A DNA stretch of 20,000 bases from Spirogloea muscicola (taxonomy: Eukaryota), in assembly GCA_009602725.1 (NCBI GenBank), contig WELB01000013.1, forward strand, positions 554,591-574,590. The letters run 5' to 3'. Positions within the stretch are counted from its first letter, which is position 1, and the number at the start of each line of letters is the position of its first letter. Below, one piece after another: positions 8,919-20,000 of this stretch. The translations under genes were made by a program, and so were the position numbers. The notes under the pieces were generated by a model. It ran no database searches. It was given only the letters and a program-made list of their open reading frames with translations, and was not told where the DNA came from.

Positions 8919-11900
8919 TCAAAAAAATGTGTCGATGAGGTCAATGGTAGCTTGGATGCTGTCCTCCACATCGTCAAATTTGAGTAATGAGCCAGTGTAG
9001 TAAGTCTTCCGGTATCCTTGTAGTGAATGGAGCTTGGCCTCAAAGCCTGCAGCTATGGCTGCTGAAGAGGCATGAGGGAAATAGTCCCATATTTGGAAGT
9101 CCTGCAAGAGTATATAGTACACCCAAATGACCTTTTTGTTGTAGCAAGATTGACAACTTTGCTACTTCCGTAACATACTAACTAAACTTAGTATCCATGA
9201 AACACTTCTGAGATGTCGAAGACCACTTCGACACCAATTCCCTGGTTTCTCTGGTCTATTATATGTCGGTTTCTGAAGAATACTCTAAATGTGAGAATAA
9301 ATATTTGGTTCCTTAACTCTGACTTCTGCTGGATCTTACTTTGATGGCAGTTGGGCCCAGCTGTCCAAGGGTGGTGCCAGGGCCGAGCTTAGCAAGTGTG
9401 GCGAATGCTGTTGACTGAGCATTTGCACTACTTAATTCTCTTGTGTTCCGATTCCAAGAGTACAAGGTTGTCAATCGTCTCCCGGCCTGTCATAGCCAGC
9501 TAGCTGAGGAATGAGACCTGCTACAGATATCTGGTTGTCTACTCAGCTGCAAATAAGACATCAAGCAAGGTATCTGGAGAGTTGAGCATGCGCCTCATTA
9601 AGCAATTGATCCAGGAAATCAAACACTTACACACGATGACCGTTTGAAAAGAGTCCAGAATAAAGAGTCTGCTTTGCACATAGTCAAATTGATCAGTGTC
9701 CTATCTAGCAAGGAGATTTATTCAGCTTCACCTTAGTTGTAATGGCAACAGGGCCGCCATTTCCCGGTAGCTCTGAAATCGATGTACGATTTAAGATGCC
9801 ATAAAGGGCAGATGGCTGGTCAAGTGCAATGCGCCCTGTAGCTCCAACATCAATAAGGGTGGTGGAGTACCCGCTGTAAACAACCTTCAGTCAGAAGATG
9901 GCAGCAGGTCAGATGCTAAGCTTCAAAAAGTCTCAGATAAGGCTTTCTGCCACCAGAACAAGCGAGCAGGAGAGGGGGGTATACAGGAGTGCTACAAGCT
10001 CCACGAAAGGGCTCTGCTATGAGCACATAGGAGAAGATGGTCTTTGCAATTGCAAGCCCAGAAATTGCAGGAGCGCAAGTACCTGATTGAAGACAGCTGT
10101 TTCTTTGCTGTCAAGCCCCAGGAATCCAAGATTACTCGCTATTTGGGGAAATGCCACGATAAGTTTCCTGCATGTCGTTGAGGACTGCGTCATTTTACCC
10201 TTGAGGGTGCTTGTGAAGTGTACAGTTGGAAGTCCTTCCTTGGGACGGTGGACAGCAATCGATGTGTTTAGCTAAATTGGGCCTTTGACAGTCCCTGCCC
10301 ATTTCTGAATCAGAGATTGAAAACCTCCTGGCTCATCGATAATTGCTGGTTGACGAAGGTCCACCAACAAGGATACAATGCGATCTTTCGTCACGTACCT
10401 GTCACCAAAATATCCCATTTATTGAATTTTGATATTCTTCAAGAAGCCCCATCCACTTTGCAGTAGCAGCCAGGCTTGCTTACATTAGAATCAGTATCAA
10501 AATAGGCAGGAAGGACTAGTGAACTCACCTCAGCACGTAAAGAGTGGGGGTCTCCATCAAAGAGCCATACCCGAAGGTTGTCACAATCTCAAGAAAGAAT
10601 GGGAGCAAAGGTTGCAGCTTCTTTTCCACAAGCCAAGCACCAAAGGGTAGTGCATAAGCTGCAGTACTATTCTGGGCATTGAAGCGCCAGTCAGACCACA
10701 AGGTGACATACTGCGCGAGAGCTTGCAACACGGCTGCTGTAGTACTTGGTGTTGACAGGGATGCAGATTTGACCTTAAGTCCTGATCCCTCCAATGCAAC
10801 AAGCAGATTGGGTGGTCATCAACATGAATCATGACATTTCACAGCTAGGAGCTCCTAGGCATATCTTAGGGGCTTAAGAGTTCGTGACCCTCAAGAGTCC
10901 TGCAAAAGGCATTGAAGCTTGTAGAGCAGGCATGTTGTAGATTGCCAAGTTAGCTCGTCCATGTATAATAAGATGCGCTCGGCAGTACAGACAGGCTGGT
11001 AAAGGTATGTCAACAAGCACCAGTGAGTAGGAGAAGCTGCTAGACCTGTTTGAGGATCGAAAAAGTACGAGGTAAAATTCTCGTAACCAATCTTGAAGTT
11101 GAATTTCTGCACAAGCCTCAGCACATTAGTGTAGTCCGTGGTGAGGAGCACGGCCCCTTCGTCGTAGTTGAGTCCATCCATAGAATATCTGCAGAGGACT
11201 CACAAGGCCCTGGTCATGTCAGGCCAAATTCAGCTCGCTGAAGATTTATGAGTGCGTTCTGCAGTGCAGAAAGCTGGTAAATTAGTCTTCCCCAAACTCT
11301 GCCAGGCCCAGAACTTCGCCACATGTACAAACGCTTGCATGTAGCACACTTAGTCAACACATGTTCCGCATCAGTGACCTCCTCACCTGAAGCTTTTGGT
11401 ACGTCCACCAACGTAGGCATTCTTCTCAAAATGGCTACCGAGTAGCCTTTGCTCTCCAGTTCGGTGGCTGCTGCGATGCCCGAGGGACCTGCTCCGATTA
11501 TGCAGACTCTCTTGGACAGCTTGGCTTGGGCTTGCACTGTACAGGAATGCCATCACAACAGCCATGAAGGTCCTACTGTTAGCATCCTACCACGGCCAGA
11601 AGTAGATGCGACTGAATACGCTTCATGAAGAAGGGCCGGCAACCTTCAGAGAAAGGTACTATGCCTCTCTGGAACAGTCCAATCCCTTCTCTCTTGATTG
11701 ACTGCATGTGTATGCGTAGCACCATGCCAATGGCATGCGGATACCTTTCTTGAGGATGACAAGCAAGATGGACATGCACAATATCCGAAGGCTGACACTC
11801 TCTCGTTGTTCAAGGGTCCAGCTAAATGTAGTATAGAGCACGCCATACTAGTGGGACAGAGGACTTGGCTGAAGCTGGTCAGGTCTTCGGAAGAGCACCA

Positions 11901-12001
11901 GCAAGCATGAAGAACAGTACAAGCAGGTAGGAGAACGTCGCCAGGCGGAGCGCTGAGCGGCAGGCCTGCCGAGAGATCATCTTTGACCGGGAATGCTTCA
12001 T
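8919..12001 (-). pseudogene. Pseudogenised tandem paralog of the PAI-like FAD oxidoreductase
   Basis: Exons 12001-11899, 11536-11387, 11188-11046, 10781-10529, 10398-10083, 9884-9732, 9486-9340 and 9101-8919 match copy 1 in length, except exon 2 (150 vs 151 nt). A 1-nt deletion in the homopolymer at 11428-11431 shifts the frame before FEKNAYVGGR. TAT>TAG nonsense at 10272-10274 (GPI*LNT vs GPIYLNT). Confidence 0.88.
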
Positions 12002-12554
12002 TTCCGGTACCGCAAGTTGCACAGACGGCTGGTCGTCACGCCTTCCGCAGTGCTCCCTCGAGCGATCAACAGCAGAGCTTGGGCGGGGGCAGCGACAGCG
12101 GGGCCCTTATGGGACTCAGTAGCGTAGGCGACGGCGGCGGCAGAGGCGGCGGAGGCGGCCGCGCCAGCGGCAGGGAGAGTGGGGCCTCCACCTTTTTGCG
12201 GCTCAGCTCGCGGGCTGCGCGGGGTGATCGGCAACTCCGAGCGCCGGCTGGCGCCACCAGCTGGTGCACGAGTACGTTGATGGGAAATGGCCCGTCCAGA
12301 AAGAGAGGAGGCGCGCGGTGCGCACGAAAGGCTGGCCACTTCAAGCCAACACACCGTTCAGGCAAAAGCTTCTGCAAATTTGGGGCTTCATCAATCAGAA
12401 CCAGAAGCAGGCGGTCCCACGGGACTGCTTGAGTGGACGGTCGTTGGAAGTCGGGCTGCCGGCGGTTGGGTCCGCGCTCCGAATGGCCCGTCCTAAATGT
12501 TCCTGTTTGTTGGGCTTGGTTATCTCATCACAGTCTCTTGAGCCCTGCTTCAGC

Positions 12555-12950
12555 ACAGCTGCTTCTTCTTCTTCCTTTTCCTGGTCCCTTCGGACTATGT
12601 TTAGATTCTTTTTTCTGGGCTGCCTCTTCCAGCCACCGCCCTCTCCTGGAAGCGTCTTTCCTTCTTCTACTTCTACTGCTTCTGCTTCTACTGTTCTGGG
12701 CGAGCCCTTTCTTCTACTGTTGGGAGAGCCACTTCTTCTTTCTTCTACTGCTTCTACTTTTCTCACAGCCACCAGTCAAATTTGGAAGCGCTATTCTTTC
12801 CTTCACTAGCTTTTTCCTGAACAATGCAGTGTCCTCGATCGGCCATTCTTTCCTCTTAGCCGCAACTGCACGCCATCCCTTTCCATCCTGTCAATTCTTT
12901 TCGGGCTGGCTTCTCACAGCCCTTGCCCCCATTGGGAGAGCCACTTCTTT
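12555..12950 (+). repeat. CT-rich low-complexity tract (TTCTAC/TTCTGC) with fragments and one intact copy of the retroelement 3' motif
   Basis: (CTT)n and TTCTACTGC repeats; partial motifs at ~12612, ~12695 and ~12720; clean motif TGTCAATTCTTTTCGGGCTGGCTTCTCACAGCCCTTGCCCCCATTGGGAGAGCCACTTCTT at 12889-12949. Confidence 0.7.
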
Positions 12951-13375
12951 CCATTCCGGTGGCTCAGCCGGACAGACCGTCTTTGTTAATTTGGAAGCGA
13001 TATTCCTCTGTCGCTCTGCACCTGGCCGACAGCCCGGAAAGGCCGGGCGCGACGGAGACGGACTGGGACAGCCGCGGACCCGCCAGGGGGCACGACAGAG
13101 CGCTCCGGACACTTGGTCCGCCCGACCATCCGGGCACCGGTACCGCTCGCGATGTCGGCCGGCGGACGGCATCAGGGGCTCAAGGGCAGCCAGCCCTCGC
13201 GTACACATCCGGCTTGACCTGGCGCACGGCTTGACCTGGCGCACGTGCGCCGGTCCCAAGCCTTTGCCACGCCCCACACGCCGCCGCTGCCGCCTGGCTG
13301 CCTTCAGTGCACAGTTTGTCTATGGGCCCACAGACGCCCCCCAAGCATTAAGAGCGCCGCCCCTATTCCGCCCTA
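12945..13375. repeat. GC-rich block Y, copy 2
   Basis: Aligns with 6020-6700 and 15378-15770. Contains a perfect 17-bp tandem duplication GGCTTGACCTGGCGCAC (13211-13227, 13228-13244). Confidence 0.75.
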
Positions 13376-13419
13376 TTCCCTGGAGAGCACCATGCTTTTG
13401 GCCTCCCTTTGTTTTCATG

Positions 13420-13590
13420 CGCACCGTGCGCCTTTCTATTTTGCGGCTGCTGATTCGGGGTTACAAAGCTCCCAGTCGCTGTAGTCTCTTGCATAGCCGT
13501 GTCAATTTGGCGGCCCTTTGGACCTTCTTCATACTTTTGGGGCTGGCCTTTCACAGCCCTCGCCCCCATTGGGAGAGCCACTTTCACAGC
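13420..13590 (+). mobile_element. Degenerate retroelement 3' end (similar to 1-220)
   Basis: Reads LSILRLLIRGY, followed by GGGGCTGGCCTTTCACAGCCCTCGCCCCCATTGGGAGAGCCACTT. Confidence 0.6.
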
Positions 13591-13754
13591 CTCTGCCTTC
13601 TCGTGGAAGCGCTTTTTGATATGGGCTGGGCATTTACAGCCACTGTATTATGTTGGAAGAGCTATTTCGCACCCGGGTAATGCCCGTCCAATTTCCGCAA
13701 CGGGGCTCCTCGAACGAGGCGTGTCATCTGGTTGGCGTCCCCTGGGAGATAAAG

Positions 13755-13887
13755 AGAAGAAGTGGCTCTTCCAATGGGGGCAAGGGCTGTGAGAAGCCAG
13801 CCCGAAAAGAATTGACAAGGTTCGAAGGGGCCAAACTACGAGCTAAGCAGCGACTGCGGGGCCTGAAGAGGCTATGGCAGAACGGGG
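13755..13887 (-). mobile_element. Very short young retroelement insertion (3' UTR only) in the tail of an older copy
   Basis: Nearly identical to 7005-7136. Flanked by GATAAAG at 13748-13754 and 13888-13894. An older minus-strand 3' motif follows at ~13895-13965. Confidence 0.85.
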
Positions 13888-14069
13888 GATAAAGGGCTCG
13901 CCCATTGAGGATAGGGGCTAGAAAAGCCAGCCCAAAAAGGATGAACAAAGTACGAGAAGGGGGCCAGGGGAAGCGCTAAGAAAGACAAAGCACAAAAAGA
14001 AACAAAGCAGCTACGAAGCACTCAGTAACCCCTGCTAAGCAGCCTTGGGTCAGAGAAGCTGGGCTCCTG

Positions 14070-14590
14070 AGAGCGGGGAGGTGGCAAGCGGCTCCTCATG
14101 CACGTCGTCCTCACTGACAGCCTCCGAAAGAAGGGCCCCCATAATCTCTAAGACCGGCTACGCTGTGAAGGTGGCCGAAGAAAAGGATACATGGTTACAA
14201 CCCACCCTGCTGGCGATACCATATACCCCCTGGCCACGGACATCCACGGGTACCATGTGGATTAGTGGTCCTCGTTGCTCTCGCTGCTGGCCTCTCAAGC
14301 TGACCAGAGGCCCTGTCATGCGCGAGGGCGTCGACTGCTAGATGGCGTGACGTGATATAGCACGACAGCGCCGCGAAGAGGGTGCAGCATTTCCTGGAGG
14401 CTCGGTGCCTTTGGTTCTGGTGTCCTGCCACCGCATGCGTCTATCTATGTCTCTGCAGCGGTCCAAGCGCCCTTGCTTTGTAATGCCGAGCCGGTCGCGC
14501 CCTTGCAGCAGCCTCTGGCTTGCGCAGCGGGGTTGCTCTTCCTCTTCTCACCTCATCTGACTTCCTACTGCTGACACAGGGGGGGTACTC
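14070..14590 (+). mobile_element. Old frameshifted RLE-domain remnant of a related retrotransposon
   Basis: Fragments GRGGKRLLMHVVLTD, KTGYAVKVAEEK, HPAGDTIYPLATDIHG, RMRLSMSLQRS and RAGRALAAASGLR are collinear with the 7149-7723 protein, with stops and frameshifts. Confidence 0.8.
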
Positions 14591-14649
14591 CCTTATCAGC
14601 CATGTTGGCCACAGCAATCATTCTTGAGGAGGGCCGGAGTAGCCCTCAC

Positions 14650-14868
14650 CCTGCAGTGTGCTTGCTATACATCACTCTAAACACTTCTGGAGTGCGCACC
14701 TTTATCGTCTTGTATTTCCAATATTCATCCAGTCTGTATTATAGCTTGTAATAGAGAACAGTTAGCGAAGCGCCTATTGGCCCATAATCTGAAAATCCTC
14801 CTGATCTGTGAACTTCTGGTATTGCCACCGTCGACCGTGTTCAATAGCTTCAGCTGCTTCTCTTTTCC
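14650..14868. repeat. ~220-bp direct repeat, partner at ~15990-16205
   Basis: Shared blocks CACTCTAAACACTTCTG, TTTATCGTCTTG, GAGAACAG(T/G)TAGCGAAGCGCCT, CCTGATCTGT, CCGTCGAC and CAGCTGCTT. Confidence 0.75.
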
Positions 14869-14924
14869 TGTGACGAACCCACCCCTATCCACACAGTTAG
14901 GGTTTGTTACGTCCTCGTTGGGGC

Positions 14925-15052
14925 ACTGGACTGGTCTTCAGCTTGACTCTGTCTTGCAAGAGAATTGTTATGCACCACTGCCCATGTGTACCTCTTGATG
15001 CCGTCTGACTAATCAAGATCTATTGAGCACAGTAGATTCCTAGTCATAAGAA
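14925..15052. repeat. Third copy of the downstream flank of the oxidoreductase gene
   Basis: TGTCTTGCAA...TGTTATGCACCACTG...TGTACCTCTTGATGC...AGTCATAAGAA aligns with ~8625-8740 and with ~1040-1082 joined to ~1922-1987. Confidence 0.75.
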
Positions 15053-15265
15053 TCAGCCTCTGGCTTTCGCCAGCGGGATTGTTTTCCGGCAGCTAGTCTG
15101 TCGGATTTGAGGCTCCTCACTCGTAGCTACTGAGTGGTCCAACCTCCACCCGTTCTGCCGTAGCGCTTTAGGCCCTTCCTTCATTTGGCCCCTTCGGACC
15201 TTTGTCAATTCTTTTCTGGGCTCGGTTTTCACAGCCCTTGCCCCAATTGAGGGAGCCGCTTCTTC
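15053..15265 (+). mobile_element. 5'-truncated RLE retroelement copy with 9-bp TSD
   Basis: Reads ASGFRQRDCFPAASLSDLRLLTRSY*, then the 3' UTR and motif ending GAGCCGCTTCTTC. Flanked by TCATAAGAA (15044-15052) and TCACAAGAA (15266-15274). Confidence 0.85.
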
Positions 15266-15377
15266 TCACAAGAAGATAAAAGGATATACCAGAAGATGGG
15301 CGATGGCTGCGGCCAGCCCAGATAATAGACATTCTCACGGCCATTGACTCACATTGGAAGACCTATGTCCTTTCAGC

Positions 15378-15770
15378 TTAGCTGCTTCTCTCTTTCGTCC
15401 GGCGGCTCGGCCCGACGTCTTTGTCGAACCGCGCCTGGCCGACGGCCGGGGAAGGCAGGGCGCGACGGGGACAGACGGGGACACCCACGAAACCGCCAGG
15501 TGGCACGACACGGCGCCCTGGGCACTTGAACCACCTGACCATTAGGGCCCCACCACTCCCAGCTCGCGATGTCGGCTGGCGGACGACGTCAGGTGCTCCG
15601 GGGCTGACCTTGCCGTGCACATCCGGCTAGACCTGGCGCACGTGCGTCGCCCCATGGGGTCTGGCCTGCCCAACCGCCGCCGCCGCCGGTGCTAAGCATC
15701 GTTGCCCGGCATCTTTGCAATGTGTATCATATTAGGCCAACAGACGCCTCCTCAATAAGAGCGTCGCTCG
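15378..15770. repeat. GC-rich block Y, copy 3
   Basis: Aligns with the other two copies, including CACATCCGGCTAGACCTGGCGCACGTG, (GCC)n and the ACAGACGCC...TAAGAGCG tail shared with copy 2. Confidence 0.75.
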
Positions 15771-15989
15771 TTCTGATCTGCACTTGCTGAGTGAAGGTCA
15801 CTGAGCTCCCCTTCCGCAGTACTAGTCTGACTACCCCCGTATCTTTCCAGCTCCTACGAGCCGCAGTTGACACCTTTGGCTGCATGGGTACTCGTTATCA
15901 TACCTAGTTGAGAACATCGAAAGTCTGGGACATGCACGACGAGAAATATGCTTCCAGCCGAGATGGGCATGCCGGCAGAATCTCAACCA

Positions 15990-16205
15990 GCAGTGGGCTT
16001 TACAGCACTCTAAACACTTCTGATTAGCGATTTTATCGTCTTGCATTTTCAAATCATCCAGTTTGTATGCTTAGATCAGATAGCTTGTCATTGAGAACAG
16101 GTAGCGAAGCGCCTGGTGGGCCCATTAGTTGGTAATTCCCTGATCTGTCAACTCCTGATATTGCTACCGTCGACTGTGTTCAACAGCCTCAGCTGCTTGT
16201 CTTCT
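15990..16205. repeat. ~220-bp direct repeat, partner at ~14650-14868
   Basis: Same shared blocks as the partner, in the same orientation. Confidence 0.75.
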
Positions 16206-16809
16206 CCACTCAGAGTCCTCAAGTGGGTGTCAGCCCTTCTCATTAGGACCAGCAGACCGCCCTCGTCGTGGCTGTCCAGACGCAGACGCGGCAGATAGAG
16301 ATGGACAAGCGCAGGCTCCTCCCTCACTCAGGGGGTGGCAGCCATAGCTAGGGCGGCACCGAAGCATTGCGGTCGCCTCACCTTGAGAAGTGGCAAGTAA
16401 GCACGATATGCTGGAGCAACCCTTATCACAGGGAGCGCTCCCAAGGGCCACTAGACTGAGTCAAAAGGATACCTTACCTATCATCGGTCCACTATATCAT
16501 CACATTTACTATCTTCTGTGCCCTTATTAACAAGAACCCCGCCCCCCCGCCCCAACAANATTCCCCACGTGCGCTTATCAGTCTGCTGAACTGATCTGAT
16601 CTACCTACGGTTTACATGACAAGGACCCGATCTACGAAAAAAACATACGAAAAGTGTTAGGAGAGTGAAAGGGAAGAGGGGGTGGGCGAGGACAGAGGAC
16701 ATTGCTCTCAGGGTGTTTAGGTCATGTCGTTGGAGCACTCAATCTGGCGGCTTACTTTTACCGTTCTAGCCAAGTGTAGATGCCACATTACTAGAGTGAC
16801 CAGTGGTGT

Positions 16810-17207
<398 letters not shown>

Positions 17208-18226
17208 TATTACCAAGACCAATTTGCTCGTTCCGTCCTGACCTATGGTGTGTGCTGCCTTTGAGCGCACTAACCACAAAGGCTCTGCATCAGTGAGCTG
17301 ATTGGAGTCGATCCAATCAGGGCTCTACACTTGCTCAATTCTTGAGGAAAATGAGATTGGGGAAACTGGTACGCAAAGCTGTGTGCCTAGGCGATGAGCT
17401 TACTAGGAGTCCTCGACAAAGGTAAATCACATTGGTCCTTGATGGCCCCCCTTGAGTAAGTATCCAAATGCCATGAAGACCAGAAAGTCCCTCCAAATTG
17501 GCGAAACCCTGGCCTACGAATTGGACGAGACCAAGAGAGAAGTAGAAAGGATGTAGAAGACATTGAGCTAAGCCCAAGAAAGCATCCAGTAATCTGTGAC
17601 CAGTAGAGCACTATGTAATGGATGCGCACTCGAAAAAAGCAGTGCAAGTGCAGGCACCGCTTTCGACCTCATAGAGGTAGCTTCCTCGGCAGTAGCAGTC
17701 AATGACAGCAGGCAACCTCTTGGACTGCCGCAGACATTACCAGAGTGCCACGTATTCAACTAGGCCAAATCAGAAGCCCCTTGACTGTCGCTGTACTCCT
17801 GCCCTTCTTGCTTGGTACCTGTGCTATGCGCCAAGTAAAGCACAAGGTGCAACGGAGGACCGACATGTCACGTAACACATCTAGCAACTTGATAAGCGGC
17901 TCACGGGGTGCTCCCACGACCTTAACATGCCAAATGTAGCTTGAGCTTGTCTCTCAATATATAATGACCATACAATGACATGCCAAGGCAAGACATAAAT
18001 TGCACTCTGCAGGGCATGTGCTTGTTGTGCATACAAGTACCAGGGTTTCGAGTAAGCTCCTACTGGGTGGAACAAGAGCTACCATATAAATGTAGACACA
18101 TTTTACTCGTGGAGAAAGTCTGTGCAAGTGTCATGATAGACAAGCTTGCCCATATCAACAAACAGGGTCTATTTTTAAGATGACACATGATAGAACAAGT
18201 ACTGTGGGCATGAGAAATGTACACGG

Positions 18227-19741
18227 TCAACTCCTGCTTTTAGAGCCGAGCTTGAGTTTGCTTGGTAAGACTTGACCTCTGTGATTGAAGTGCATGAATT
18301 CCGTTAGTACAGGAAGTTCCACCAACCTGTCACTCGACAGAAGGATTTGTTACAGGCTTGCAATGCTCCACTCTTGACAATTGGCTGGTGCGTATGACAG
18401 GACTTGAGAAACAAGACTGTCATGCGGGGAAATAATTACTCATTCATGTGAACAAAGTCAAAGTCAGCAATGCAACCAAAGGGTGGGTGCAATCCTTGAC
18501 GAGCAATTAGAGCAGCCAATTGTCAAAGTTCCTAAAAGAGCAGCAAATTAGCAGATTGCACAACCAGCTATCGATGTAGGTTCTGACGCACTGACTGCTT
18601 CCTCAGTGCTGTATATATGGAAGTACCTTGATGCGACAGATAGGCGAGAATCCTGGTGGGTTGTATACCTGTTAAATTCAGCATCTAGCCGGATGGGTAA
18701 CAAACTCCCAGGTATTCTCAGTGCAGCCCAGACAGCAAGGAGCATGCCTACCATTACGCCCACAAGCACCTGCAAGAGGAGGACGTGAGCCGATCATGAG
18801 ACCTGCATGTTTTAGGTGCAGAGAGTCCGTCCTCTAACCTCAAAAAGCCCCTTCGCTTGACCTGCATTGACGCTGTCTTGACTGGTGCCTGAATGACCAA
18901 CTTACAGGAGACCAAGGAGACTGCTGTGTGGAAGGCATGTCAACTGAGACAGAGCACATCTCCGACAATGATTGAGCCGCACAGAGCAATCATGATGTGA
19001 TACTCTATTCCATGACAGAACCATACACGTGCCATTGACGGCTTGTATAATGTTGTGATGAGGACTCGTTGCCTGCTATGCCCTCGTCACGTATTTCGGC
19101 AGTCTAGCGCAGCCTAGGCTGCCGGCATGCAATACCACAAGTGTCTCTGAGTTTCACAGCCTTAGGTCAGATGTGAGAGGGTTGAAGGCCGCACCTGAGG
19201 TGGGGGCCCTAAGTACTGCTCGTCGGCTAGCTCCAGCTCGTCCTGATCTGCAAAGCCATCAAGTGAGACGACCGTGGGCAGAGACACGTGAGGGCACACC
19301 CATGGGCAGCCGCTAAGACGGCTCCTCGTCATCAGTTGACTCGATGACGGCAGGGTCCCTCTACCATAGGACCTCGTCCCAGCACTCTGCTAGGCGTCAT
19401 CCTGAAGTACGTCTAGCGACGTGCCTTCCCTCCCACACTCGAACGGGCACAGCAGCGAGGAACCCCAAAGCCAGAAACCCTCAGCCCTGAGCACCGAGCC
19501 TCCGACAAATCCTCGCACCCTGGACGCCCAGCTCAGGCCCCGAAGCCTAGACTCGCAAAGGCCTGCGGGCAGGTCCTGCGCCGCGAGAGCGCAGGCTGGG
19601 CCTGGGGCGCCAAGACAAGGGGGGGGGAGGTGGGGACGGGCACATACGCAGCATCATCCGGTGGCCGGCCCAGGCCAGCGCCAGCAGGCTGGCGGCGCCC
19701 GCGGCCAGGTCCGCGGGCCTGGTCCCCGCCGCCGCCGCCAT
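18227..19741 (-). CDS. EMC5: ER membrane protein complex subunit 5 / membrane magnesium transporter (MMgT), 4 exons, 115 aa
   Basis: Exons 19741-19648, 19247-19195, 18769-18669 and 18326-18227 (GT-AG, phases consistent, 348 nt) give MAAAAGTRPADLAAGAASLLALAWAGHRMMLHQDELELADEQYLGPPPQVLVGVMVGMLLAVWAALRIPGSLLPIRLDAEFNRLVELPVLTEFMHFNHRGQVLPSKLKLGSKSRS*. It has two TM helices, GPP, WAAL..PG and the family hallmark F..FNHRG. Confidence 0.88.
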
Positions 19742-19806
19742 TGCCGCCGGCTGCGGCGCCGTGCGCGGCGGCGTCGACGCCTCGCCTTCCTCCGCTCGGG
19801 GGCTGC

Positions 19807-19833
19807 GGGTTTAGGGTTTGGGTCAGGGTTTAA
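19807..19833 (-). promoter_or_regulatory. Telo-box (AAACCCTAA) and degenerate telomere-like units upstream of EMC5
   Basis: TTAGGGTTT at 19811-19819 within GGGTTTAGGGTTTGGGTCAGGGTTT, ~70 nt upstream of the ATG, the usual position of plant telo-boxes. Confidence 0.55.
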
Positions 19834-20000
19834 GGCAGCCTGGCTGCATGCACGAAAGGCGACCCACGTTTCACGGTTTCACGTTTTCCCATATTCAGGT
19901 GTTGTGTTCACTCGGCGCTTTTCACGGCCCCTTCACAATGCAGCAGCCGCGCGCTTCTCCTTCCCTTTGGACGCCACGAACGGCTCCCCCCTCCCCCCCC

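Noticed and set aside
11745..11775. Alternative first exon MSILLVILKK|gt for the oxidoreductase
   Set aside because: The ATG and donor are absent in copy 1; the upstream exon (5220-5118 / 12001-11899) is conserved in both copies and encodes a better signal peptide.
12264..12420. SWIB/MDM2-like peptide QKLLQIWGFINQNQKQ
   Set aside because: The similarity is too short, the other SWIB motifs are missing, and the frame is not conserved in the paralogous region 5620-5760.
12433..13680. 415-aa ORF and overlapping long ORFs
   Set aside because: They run through CT microsatellite, retro-motifs and GC-rich block Y. Stop-poor composition explains their length, and the frame is not kept in other copies.
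19807..19833. Chromosome end or interstitial telomere
   Set aside because: Only one perfect TTTAGGG unit; the position fits a promoter telo-box.

Overview
Eukaryotic nuclear DNA, most likely from a streptophyte (charophyte-grade) green alga or early plant. This is inferred from the plant-type 18S and cox2 fragments, the plant-type EMC5, a telo-box and GT-AG introns. Bases ~1-15.8k form a decayed tandem array of a ~6.8 kb unit. Unit 1 carries an intact 8-exon gene for a secreted FAD flavoprotein resembling polyunsaturated fatty-acid isomerases (PAI/PFI-like). Unit 2 carries a pseudogenised copy with a frameshift and a nonsense codon. Unit 3 keeps only the flanks. The array contains many 5'-truncated copies of one non-LTR retrotransposon family with a restriction-like endonuclease (RLE, CRE-like), a (CTT)n tail and ~7-9 bp TSDs; its ~50-nt 3' motif is stacked head-to-tail. 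Two captured, degenerate fragments are present: ~830 bp of 18S rDNA and ~400 bp of mitochondrial cox2. A 4-exon EMC5/MMgT gene ends the window. Exon structures were reconstructed by hand, and family assignments come from recalled motifs, not database searches.
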